Shown here: piece by piece, positions 43,467 through 54,998 of the stretch | Position numbering within the stretch: position 1 is the first letter of the stretch | Layout of the letters: the number at the start of each line of letters is the position of its first letter | Origin: Dimorphilus gyrociliatus | Lineage: Eukaryota > Animalia > Annelida | DNA: 64,000 nucleotides | Direction: 5' to 3' | Assembly: GCA_904063045.1 (NCBI GenBank) | Contig: CAJFCJ010000024.1 | Coordinates: forward strand, 310,001-374,000 | Notes under the pieces: model-generated | What the model saw: the letters and a program-made list of their open reading frames with translations, nothing else | Databases searched by the model: none | What the model was told of the DNA's origin: nothing | Program-made: the position numbers and the translations under genes

Positions 43467-44509
43467 ATGCTACGTAATATGACTAAGCTTCTTTTTTTAG
43501 TAATTAATTATTTTATTCTGATTTAGGTCTTTTAATTTACTAACAAGTATTATATTGTTATAGATTTATTGTATTGCTGATATAAGTTTGTCAATTAGAC
43601 AAAAATATCATAAAGATATTGAAGGTAAAACTCTTCAACTTGACTGCAAATACTGCGCTCCTGGATTTAAAGTTCATAAAAAGTGTACGAATTCAACCGA
43701 TACAGTTTGTAAACCATGCGAAAATGGTAAAACATTCTCAGCGAGAAGGAGTTTAAGGCAGAGATGCAAAAGATGTAGCGAATGCATTTATCCATCAAGG
43801 GTAGTTAAGGAGTGTACAGTTACATCAGACACGAAATGTGGGAGATGTGATCGAGGTAACTTTTATAAAAACTTAATTGATTGTATTTCTTTTTCAGTAA
43901 AAAACGTTTCATTTTAGGATTTTACTGGAGTTACGAATACAATATATGTCGTCGATGCTCTTATTGTTTCTTGGGAAATCCTAATATTAGAGCTTACAAA
44001 CTGCATGCTTGCGCTCTTGATGGTATGCCAAGAAATTTTCAATGTATCCCTATTCGTAATGGACCTAAAGCTCCTATATGTTAGTATTTAAAATAATAAA
44101 ATGACAAAATTTGAAGTAAATGACACAATCGTTGAAAAAAACAGTTGATTTAAAGAAGCTACGAAAACTAGATAAAAGTGATGATGATAGAAAGTATGAG
44201 AGTTTCAGTAGTGGCGATGGAAGATATTTCCTGGACGACGATGAGGATGTGACACAAGAAGCATTTGAAACGCCACTAGTAAAGAGACGTCTTAAAAAAA
44301 GACATCTTACTGAGGAAAAATTGAATACCAATCCTGAAGGTTCCGTAAAAACTAAACAATTGATGCTGTTATATTTTAAAGAGGGTTTGTATCAGAATAA
44401 AGTTTTTATAATCTATCTTGCTGTAGTATTTAGTATTGCATTAATTGGACTAACTGCTCTTTGGTTTTCTAAATGCAAAAAGTTTAAACCAAAATTGCAA
44501 CTGAATTGA
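43467..44509 (+). CDS. TNF receptor superfamily member: signal peptide, about three Cys-rich domains, stalk, TM, 12-aa cytoplasmic tail (about 283 aa)
   Basis: Exons 43467-43499 (tentative), 43564-43855, 43918-44079, 44145-44509, in frame. TNFR CRD patterns: CKYCAPGFKVHKKCTNSTDTVC; PCENGKTFS...CKRCSEC...VKECTVTSDTKC; GRCDRGFYW...CRRCSYC...C...C. TM VFIIYLAVVFSIALIGLTALWFS. Confidence 0.88.
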
Positions 44510-44951
44510 TTTCCTGTTTCCTTTGACAACACAGCAACAAGTACTTGAATACTGAACACTTGCACACTAACCTTTAATACTCTCTATTTATATAATTGCT
44601 AGCCAAGTGTCTTTTCGGAAATAAACGTTCTAAATGGATATTCATAAAGTTTTTTTGATTTTCTTATGTTGTATTTTATTAAAGGAAAAAATTAAATACT
44701 TGATTAAACATTAAAAAACAACATCAAAAAACACATTTGCAGTATTACTAGAGCATAAATCATATTTTATAGTGCAATTGATGTCATCAATAAATAAGTT
44801 AAATACTTGTATATGTATATATAAATAGAGCATAAATACACTTTCAAAAGCAGCTTAATATTGTAATCACATCTTTTTTCATTATTAGATTTACAAATAA
44901 GCATAAATAGTTGCTGTTCCTATCAAGTATATTGGCTAGTGCAAACTTTAA

Positions 44952-45991
44952 TTATGCTAATTTGAATCCACCTAAAAAGGTTCGATCGGATGCTAGTTGA
45001 TATTTGCACTCAGCACTTACGTCTAAAGGTTTGAGATAAATCAAATCTCCTTTGCTCAGGTTAAATATTCCTTGATGACCAACTGTATCGAGTCTTCTTA
45101 CTTCTGGCGAACTACAATGGAAATGAATTGATAAATCATTTTAAAATTTGCGAAATATTTCTCATTTACTTACTCTAATATATTTTGAGTTCTCTGCGAT
45201 AGCATTAGCGTCTGTACGTCATTAGTTGAACTCCTTTTAACAGTTTCAACTGAACATGTTCGAACTTTAGCATACCTAACGGATTAAAATAGATGATATG
45301 ATTATATCAATTATGTTGGTTGGAATTGCAAACTCTATACCCAATAAAACCGGATACTTCTGTTTGAGCATACAGGAAGTAAATTCCAGATTTGAGTATT
45401 TGAATAGCATTTTCGTTTTTATTAAAAATCAAGTGTCTCGTTCCAGTAGAAACTTTTGGCTTGTCTTGCCATTCGAATCTCTGTCTTGGTTTCTTTGTAT
45501 ATTCCGCGTTGTTGTTGTTCTTTCCTATTTTTTTGGAAGAAAAGGGAAGGAAATTGAATATATAAATCATTCGCTTTCATTAATTATTTCAGTTCAGGAA
45601 AGATATCAGTAACAAAGCTATTGATATAATTACCTAAATAAACCCACTCTGAACCATTTTGTGAATCCAGGTGTATTGCGCTCATTTGGTTTCGTTTCGC
45701 GCCTCTTTTATTTCTTATCTTTAGTTTATAAAAATAGAGAAGCATGAGATAATAGATTTTTGTTAATATAACAATCCTTTAAGCTACAAATAAACATTAA
45801 GGTAAAAGTTAAATAACTACCAATGTGCTTTGCGGTGGCATAACTTTCAAATCGAATCTCGTCTCCAAATTGTTGTATTTCACATAGAGAAAGATACAAA
45901 AAGCAGATGGTACGAGAGCAAACAGGAATGCCAATAAAGACAATATTCTACTCAATGAGTATCTTGTCGTTTTCGTCGTTGTTTGGTCCAT
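44952..45991 (-). CDS. TNF superfamily ligand (type II membrane, furin site, TNF homology domain), about 225 aa, EDA/Eiger-like
   Basis: Exons 45991-45845, 45718-45634, 45524-45341, 45275-45174, 45111-44952, all junctions in frame. TM ILSLLAFLFALVPSAFCIFLYV, furin site RNKR, and THD strands SAIHL, FEW, IQILKSGIYFLYAQ, GHQGIFNLSKGDLIYL and TFLGGFKL-A-stop. Confidence 0.9.
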
Positions 45992-47465
45992 TATTCCAAT
46001 GAAAAGTTTTCCACAACAATGTTTCAGTTTGTTTAAAGTTTCTTTAGAAGTGTCGTTGTTGTGTTTGTAGTTTTCTCTACTTCTAACTTCTCTATATATA
46101 TACACGATCCCACCTAATGTGCATATTCATTATGTTCTGGGAAGCTACGAATTCAGCGAGAATTTGATCCACAATTTTCGAAATTATAGTATATTCAGAT
46201 TACAGATTTTCCTAGTTGTATTGCAAAAGATACCATTTAAGGAAAGTTTTGTCCTATCATTCACAATGTATATAAACAATAAAATGTGATGATAATAGTA
46301 ATAAAACCACAATAATTATAATCCCAGTGACTGTAATAAAGTCATATTTTTTGTTAATTATATTCTATGCCCAAAAGTAAACAGTATTCAAAAAGACTTT
46401 AATGATGGTTATAAGCATAGTATAATAGAAAATATGAAAGATTATTCACTTCCTTTAGGTAATAGAGGGAGGAAGCTGAGAAATAGATAAGAATACTTGC
46501 AGGAGGTCAGAATGAATTATAAATGTATGTTTGATATCTTTTATTACATAAAATACAAATAAAGTGGTTTTGGAGAAAACAAAAGAGCCTATTTTACATA
46601 TTTATTTATTAATTACGATACGATTGCATAATTATTAAATATGTGGAAAGAGATGAGAACGTGAAGAAATATTAGCTTTGAAATAGATAGTTAAATGCAT
46701 AATATACCATGTTCTTTTCCCTACAAAACACTAACAATCATTTGTAATGGCGTTTCTTTCTGTTATACTAATGTTATTATAGCTATTTATACTTAAAGAA
46801 CATTGTACAAAAGACGTATATATATCTATGCTATTGTTTTTTATCGTAAAAAAAAACTACTACAGTCTTGTAGTAAACGTAGTCCTATGATGGGTAGCTT
46901 CAATGGAAAGTCCCTTTTTCCCAGAAAGCTTTTAAAATTTCATACCAATTCCCCAAAACACAAAGACTTTCTTCAGATCTTTACAAGGACTGTTTAATGG
47001 ATTCTGCGTATTGAATGTCTTTACAAAAAGGATTTGTAAGGAAGTGTAATTTAAGATAAATTAGCTATAAACAAACTTTGTATGAACTTACAAACTCCCG
47101 CCAACAGATGTTTAAAGATAAGAAAAACTTATGCAACTTTTTAATTTCATTTTTCAATTTCTTTTTGATTTTTTTATTATTCAAAAATATAATAAAAAGA
47201 AAGAAAAAACATTTATATTCCAATATAAATACATAGTAATATATTTATATGTGTATAAATGACAAATTAATATGGTTTTCTTTTACGTTAGTTCAAATGA
47301 TTCAAAAGAAAAGACAGGATATGATATGAAAAGAAAGTAGAGGGTGGGGAAGGGAGGAAGGTGTGATATGAAGAAAATTCAACAGAGGCGGAGAGAGAGA
47401 GAGAGAGATAAAGAAATCTTTTCTTCTATCACCATTAAATGCAATTAGTATTGTACATTGTTTAA

Positions 47466-49498
47466 TCACACTTTTTTACTTCCATTTTGCTGCTCTCTCA
47501 AATAAGCTGAATATTCTAATCTAGCTCTTTCTAAGACACTATCAACATCGTTACTTCTAATAAATTTATCATAATGCATAGCTATTTCATTGTAATCCAT
47601 TCTTTTCTTAATGATAACATCTTTCTGTTGTAGTAATAATGCTAAGCAGAGAAATAAAAGAAACGGATTTTCGCACCCAAATTCATCAGGGGCAGGTAAT
47701 TTTGGTACAACTTCCTCTGCTTTCACATCTTCCACCATTGATCGACATCCATCTATATCTTGACACTCCAATTTCTTTCTTTTTAATTTCTTATAAGCAG
47801 TATTAAGAACGTTTTTCTTTATATTTGCTTGCTTCATGTATAATGAAGATTTTTCATAATCTAAATCAGATAATCTTATACCTAACATCATATTTGGATA
47901 ATCGGGCGGTATACTTGCCCACATGACTTCTAGCAATGTTAAAACATTATCTAAGGGAAATTCTCGTTTTAGCTCCAGCAGCACCCACCGATAGCAAAAC
48001 AAGAGATCGTCAGCATTCTGGTATTTTAAATAGGAGAAGAATTCCGGATCCTTTCGTCGAAGTAAAAGTTGAAGATGTTCGAATTTCTTATTTAAAACTA
48101 AACCTTTTAAATCAAAGTTTTGTGACAAACGCCTCATAAGAGAACAAAAGCAAATATAAGCGTGTGCCTCATCTTCTAGAACCAATAAAAGAGGTGATGC
48201 TAAATCACTCATCCCCTGACAATAAGACAGAGAGGGATGAGTCAAGGCATAAGTGACAAGTAGATTAAAGAGTCTTATAACATTCTCACTGCTGTCATCT
48301 GAAAAAAGCGGATGACCTCTATCCGTTCTTAGCGTATCTTTTCTAACCATATTCGCAACTAATTTTACATTTTCTGAGCAATTATCGCTATCTAGTAACC
48401 TCTTCCATTCATCCCTGATTTTTGAATATTCCTCTTTCTTTTTTGTCAAGTAATCGAATCTTTTTTTACCGTTGAATTCTCTAGGAAAAACGTTCAGCAA
48501 GTGCTTCCAAACAACTTTTCTTAGCGAATGTTCAACACCATTTTGATACACGTGCATCCGAAATTCTGTATCTCTTGTTAAATTACCCACAGAATCCAAA
48601 TACTCCCTAAATTCTGCATCTGTAAGAGGGCGTCTCTCCCTCGATGTATTGTCCTCAACTTGTTTTTTATTATAATTGAATACTTTTGAGACGTTAAATA
48701 CTGTTGATTGAAGTGTTTCTAGAAGTCCTGTATTTTGGAGGAAACTAGCCACTTTACCCGTACTATTATCTGGTTCTGGTGAGACATCCCAATCCTCTAA
48801 GCCTTCTTCGAATGGTTTTAAGTCAACTTTTAATTTTAAAGCTGGATCTGATTGTTTATAAGCCATATTTAAATCCCAATCGGAGACTAAAGAGAGGTAG
48901 CTTTCTCTTCCTTTGTCATCTTTCGATAAATAAGATATGGCAAATTGTCTGTTTAAAAATAATAAAAACAATAACAAATAAAGTAAACAACAACAATAAT
49001 ATCAACACTTTTAATACAAAAAAAGATAGTAAAATTAGTATATACAGTATTACTAATATACTGTGTATAGCATATAAAATGCAATGGTTATTCATATAAT
49101 CTCTAACCAATTTATAGTAAATTGTTATATTTTAATAATTTAACTATTATTCAAATATTTAATGTCATTAAACTTACTGTGGAATGTGAAAAGCTCTTGA
49201 TAATAAACAACGTAGAACGTCAAGTGATGTTAAACTTGGATCGATTGAAAATTTTTTGTATTCTGGATCCTTTTTTCCATCGCATTTCTGTCAAATAAAA
49301 CACGTTTAGTTATAATCAATACAAATATTAAGTCAATAGGATGAATTAGCGGGCTGTTAAACGTGTCAGAAATCCCAGATGTTCTGTTGAATTTTTTTTA
49401 TAAATATGCTACTTGTAATAAAGTGGGAAAAATGGGAAATTTACCTTAACTTGAACTCGAATTACATCTTTATCCGATGATTTAACTAAACTAGTCAT
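47466..49498 (-). CDS. TBC1D25: TBC1 domain family member 25 (Rab GAP, OATL1), about 548 aa
   Basis: Exons 49498-49445, 49287-49178, 48948-47466. N-terminal VRVQVKKCD..PEYKKFSIDPSLTSLDVL..RAF, LSLVSDWDL, LIR-like EDWDV, TBC Arg finger KDTLRTDR and Gln finger YCQGMSDLASPLL, FCYRWVLLELKREF, NPFLLFLCLA. Confidence 0.94.
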
Positions 49499-49804
49499 TA
49501 TTAATCACAAGTTCTGGCATGTCCTCAAGTGATAAAGCATTTTATTAGTAAAATTGTTATGTTTGTCATGTTGATATTGGGAGACTAATACGGTTTCGTC
49601 ACCAGACAGGATACCAGATTAGTATAATATCAACCAGTAGAATTTCAATATTTATTTACCGCGGTTTAGCAAAATATCGTCTGCTCTGAATAAAGATAGT
49701 ACTGCCAATTTCATATTCACCAGTTTTTTTTTTACCATTTTCAACACTGGACACGAACTTTTAATACAAATTTATAGGAAAAGATATCAAAATCTCAATG
49801 CAAA
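49499..49804. promoter_or_regulatory. Probable bidirectional promoter between divergent TBC1D25 and KLHL12
   Basis: Start codons at 49498 (-) and 49805 (+) are only 306 bp apart, head-to-head. Confidence 0.6.
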
Positions 49805-52800
49805 ATGGAAGGTGAAAAACAACTATCTTCGGATAATCACGCAAAATCAATTTTAACACTAATGAATCAGTTACGAAAAACCAATACTTTATGTGATGTA
49901 ATATTAAAAGTGGCCGACCACGAATTTCCAGCCCACCGAATTGTATTAGCAGCCTGCAGTGACTATTTCCGAGCAATGTTTACAAGTGAAATGAGGGAAA
50001 GAAATAAACAAGAGATAGAAATAAAGGAAATATCAGCAGAAGTGATGACTATTCTATTAGACTTTGTTTATACGGAAAGTGTAGCAGTCAGCGTTGAAAA
50101 TGTTCAAGTAAATATCGATTTGTTTTTATTTTTTTTTTATTCTTGGAAAAAAAATAAGTAACAATTTTCCTTTTATCAATATGTTTACGCTTTTAGGCTT
50201 TTATTTTTTTTTTAAAAAAACAAAACCTTTTTTCATTTCATTTATCTAAAAATTGAATTCTATTTTTTTCCTCTCTTTAACAGAAGGTGAGAAAGAGTTA
50301 AAATACAAAAGTAACTGAGCTACATGTTAGAAGTGAATAATAAAGAATTGATTTCAAAAAAAGATGTATATTATACAGTATATAGTTCAAAAAGAATATT
50401 CGTAAATATAGCTGAGCTTTTATGAACAGGCCATTTGTATTTTAAAAAAAAGACACAAAAAACAAAATGAGATAAAGAACTGTCAATATATTTCATATAT
50501 AGAATAACACCTTTTTGGTATATTTACTTAATTTGCATAAATTTGCATAATTAACTTATAACATTGTAAAATCTTATAATTATAAGATAAAGGTAATTTT
50601 TTATTTTCTCTTGTTTAACAATAGTTGCTATCATTTTAGGAACTTCTTCCTGCTGCTTGCCTATTACAATTGAATGGTGTTAAACAAGTATGTTCAGAGT
50701 TTCTTGAAAATCAATTAGATCCGTCAAATTGTCTTGGAATTTCAACATTCGCCGAAAATCATTGTTGTAGCACTTTAAAAACTTCTGCAGACATTTTTAC
50801 TTGTAAATTCTTTCAAGAAGTTATTGAAAACGATGAATTTTTATCGTTATCTTACAAAGACGTTGAACGTTTAATAAGTAGGGATGAGATTCAAGTAGAT
50901 AACGAAGAACCTGTATATAAAGCGGTTATAAGATGGGTTGCGGAAAAGCCAAACATTAGAGAAAGATATTTACCTGATTTACTAAGACACGTTCGTTTAC
51001 CACTTTTATCAGCAAAATTCCTAACAGACGTTGTAGATACAGAGGTAAGAATAATTCAATTACTACGAGATATATCATTTATTATTATAATTATTTTGTA
51101 GAAACTTTTAAAACGTAGTCACGAATGTCGTGATTTGTTAGACGAGGCAAAAAAATTCCTCCTCAGACCTGATCTTCGTAGTAGAATGCAAACTGAAAGA
51201 ACAAGAAATAGAACGGGATGCGACGATGTTCTTGTTGTACTAGGTGGTTTTGGTACTCAACAATCTCCAATAGATAATGTCGAAATGTACGATCCTAATA
51301 CTCAAACGTGGACTATACTACCAGTAAGTATATCTTATTATTCATTTTATTTATTATTAATGTTATTGTAATAAGCAAGAAAAGGTTATTTCATTTCTTT
51401 CTTATGAATAAAAACTATTATAAAATTCATTGAAACACAAAACAAACAAACAGAAAATAAAACATTTTATGTTTTAAACAAAAAACAGACAATATCAAAG
51501 AGACGAAGATATGTTGCTGCCGTCGCTCTGCATACAAAAATATATGTTATTGGCGGCTATGATGGTAAGTTTTAAAGTCAATAATAAGAATTTTAATCGG
51601 AAAAAGACTATTCATTGGAATTGAAGGTATATAGATATATAAATATATCATTAAAGAAATATAAAATTCTGTATAATTCAATATATTTACATTAAATTTT
51701 CGAAGAATAGACTGTATATATTGTATATTGAATCATCTAATACTTTTCAATTGAACTGATACTTTCTTTTTATCGTATTCAATCATTAGGAATATCTCGG
51801 CTAGATACTGTAGACGTTATTGATATAGCTGATGAAAAACCAACTTGGCAATCGGTAGCAAGAATGCACCAACGAAGAGGTTTAGCTGGAGTTTGTAATT
51901 ACTTAGGTAATTGTTTTCTTATTTTGATTTTTTTTATGAAAAAAACTTGTCATATTTGTGACGTTCCTTTATACTTAGATCAAATATATGTTTGCGGAGG
52001 GTTTGATGGAAGTAGTCGTCATATGTCAATGGAACGCTACGATCCTCAAATTGACGAATGGGTTGTTTTGAATAATATGAGTACTGGAAGGGAAGGTGCC
52101 GGTCTTGTTGTAGTTCACGATAAATTTTATTGCATTGGTGGCTACGACGGTGAACTCTTGCTCAATACAGTTGAAAAATATGACACCACCAACGCTAGTT
52201 GGAGTTCTTCTCCTCCAATGGGTACAAGACGATCTGGTAAGTTTTTCTTTGTCATTATTTGGTCATTTTGCGCTTGATATCCTTCCAAGTGTTCTTCAAG
52301 TATGATAAAATCAAATATTTATATATACTGTATATATATATATAGATATAACTTCAACATTATAAATGTAAGAGTGAGAGAGTATTATTGAAAAATCTTA
52401 TAGCAGGTTTGCATTTCATGAGAGCAGATAATCAACTGTTTTTGGGGTGAGTTAGGGCTTATACATTCCTGCTTCCAAGGATTCAATATTTTTCAAGTAA
52501 ACAAATGTTATGAAATAGAAATGAACCATTTCTACTTTCTTCCTGGACGAAATGCATCATTTGTCTATTATCAAATGATAAATATTGCTCTGTTTAGTAA
52601 TACTGATAAGCGAATGCGCTAAGATGACTTTTTTACTGACTTAAAACAGTAGACGCTATTCAACGTTTATAATATATGCTTGAAGAAGAGGTGGTATAGG
52701 TAAATATTTACAACTTTCGCATACATTGGTACCCAACGCTTTTCTTATCACAATACGCGACATATCCTTAAGAGCTTGAGGACATGAAAGATGAAAACAA

Positions 52801-54998
52801 ACTGTTTCAACTAATTTTTCGTTGCGAGAAACTCTTAAAGCATTATCTTCGTTTGATAAGAATTTATAGATTCCCATTATATCAGCTCCGCAATACAGTA
52901 CCATCTCGAGAATGTGTACATTCTCGCGATATAAAGCCACTTGGGCGACTGTCCAAAAGTCAAAATTACCTCCAATACAAACACGTGAGGTACGATGCAC
53001 GTCTGCTCCATGCTGCAGTAGTACTGCTGCTGGCTGTGTATAATTTGAGTGTACAGCTGCCATGAGAGGTGTTACAGTGTAACGATCGGGAACATTTATA
53101 TTCTGGTAAGATACTAGACGTTGAATAATTTCAACGCTTCTATCTTTACTCACAGCATGAAACAGAGCCGTTCTTTCGGATTGATCTCTTTCTATTGGAG
53201 ATGCTCCAGAATCTAGTAATAACTGAACTGTTTTATCGCATGAATATAAAATAGCCAGCATAAGTGGAGTATAACCCCACATGTTCTTGGCATCTACACT
53301 CGTTCTATCGTGGCTTAAAAGTTGTTCAACACAACTTGGATGATTGTAACGGGCAGCGTAATGTAATGCTGTATCTTGTTCGTCACTCTTGACGCCAATA
53401 TCACACCCTACCCTCAAAAGAATACGCAGAATGTCGGGAAAACCCCTTCGAGCACATAGCATTACAGCCGTTTCTCCATATAGTTCTTGAATGCCAACAT
53501 CAGCACCAAAATTAATTAATAGTTTAACCAGTTCACGTCTTTGATTCCAAACGGCTGCGTGCAGTGCCGTCCTTCCTCTATCTGACGTATGATTAATTTT
53601 CGCACCAATTGCAACTAATAACTTAGCGACGATGTAATGGTCATTAGCAGCTGCCAACATTAGCGGGCTATCACCATCGGCGTCCACAGTGTTAACATCA
53701 GCTCCATACGACAGTAATTTTCGCGTGCAACGGTTATGTCCAAATGAACAAGATCTCAGTAAAGCTTCGTTCAAATCAGTAAAAGAATAAGGTTGACCTA
53801 AAGCGTAGTCGAGCAGCTCCATATCCCCTATTAAGTTGTTAAATTAGGAATACTTTATTAAGTTAATTCACTTATTACGTATTAGATCTAGCTTAATATA
53901 CCATATAGGACAATATTATTCATATAACAGCAATATTTAAATAAAAAATGCAAGGTTTTGTTAAGATTATCTTTTCTTTAGATTGTAAATGAAATTTTAT
54001 ACTATTGCGCAATAAACACTTTTATGTGTTTGCCTGATCATGAGTCATAACAGTCTAAAACATGCGTAAAAAATAAAAAAAAGACGCAAACAGCTGTAGA
54101 TGATTAAGTCTCTACTTATGAATTAAGTTGAAAAAGAATTGGAAGAAATGCGATAGAATTTTTGTAAAACTTGAAAAAAAAATTAGCTTAGTGAATATAA
54201 CTTAGGATAAAAGTTATTGCAAACAATCTAAAACCATGGTGTTTTTCCATATTTTTTCCTTTATTTTCTTTATTTTTGCCAAGGCAAAGAAATAGAGGAT
54301 TTTACTTTTAGAGTTTGCAATTATATGTTTATTCTACTTTGAATAATTTTAACAAACCTTTCGACGCCGCTTCTAGTAGGTAACGTCTTCCAGAAAGCAT
54401 TTTTCTTTGTGCTTAACGGTCAACTATCTCAAAACAAATGCTCTGCATCTCCCGCAAAAAACATCACGTGAGTTAGCAGTGTATTTAGGTCGGTTTGCTG
54501 TAAGATTATGCTGCACTAGATCTATACCCCAAACGGATTCGAACCGAAAACTATCATTGAGTCGTCCGAAATAACCTTTACTTTTTTATTACTTTCCTAG
54601 GGGCCGGCGTTGCTGTAATTAACGATACAATTTACGTTTGTGGTGGATACGATGGCTCAAATCATTTGTTTTCTGTTGAAAGTTTTAATGTACAAACTTG
54701 CAATTGGACAAATGTTGTTAGAATGAATTCGGCCAGGTGTTACGTTGGTGCATGCGTTCTTAAGGGTCAATTAGTTGTTGTCGCTGGTTACGACGGAAAT
54801 CGACTACTCAATTGTTTAGAAAGTTACGATCCCATCTTAGAGAGATGGCAAGTCTTTGACGATCAAATGTCAGCTCCTAGGTGCGACGCAGGCGTCGCAG
54901 TAGTAAGAAGGAAATATTTGAAAAAAGAAACTAGAAAAGTTTCATCTTACGGATTGGTAATAGGAGAAGATGAAAGAAGTCAAGCCAGTTGCGTTTAA
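49805..54998 (+). CDS. KLHL12: Kelch-like protein 12 (BTB-BACK-Kelch CUL3 adaptor), about 592 aa
   Basis: Exons 49805-50107, 50640-51044, 51102-51323, 51489-51564, 51790-51906, 51979-52236, 54601-54998. [65 protein letters not shown] and six Kelch repeats match KLHL12 specifically. Confidence 0.93.
52656..54400 (-). CDS. Ankyrin repeat and SOCS box (ASB-like) protein, about 404 aa, nested antisense in KLHL12 intron 6
   Basis: Exon 1 54400-54358 ([15 protein letters not shown]) splices in frame to exon 2 53827-52656. About 9-10 ankyrin repeats ([43 protein letters not shown]) and a C-terminal SOCS box ([16 protein letters not shown]...[11 protein letters not shown]). Confidence 0.92.
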
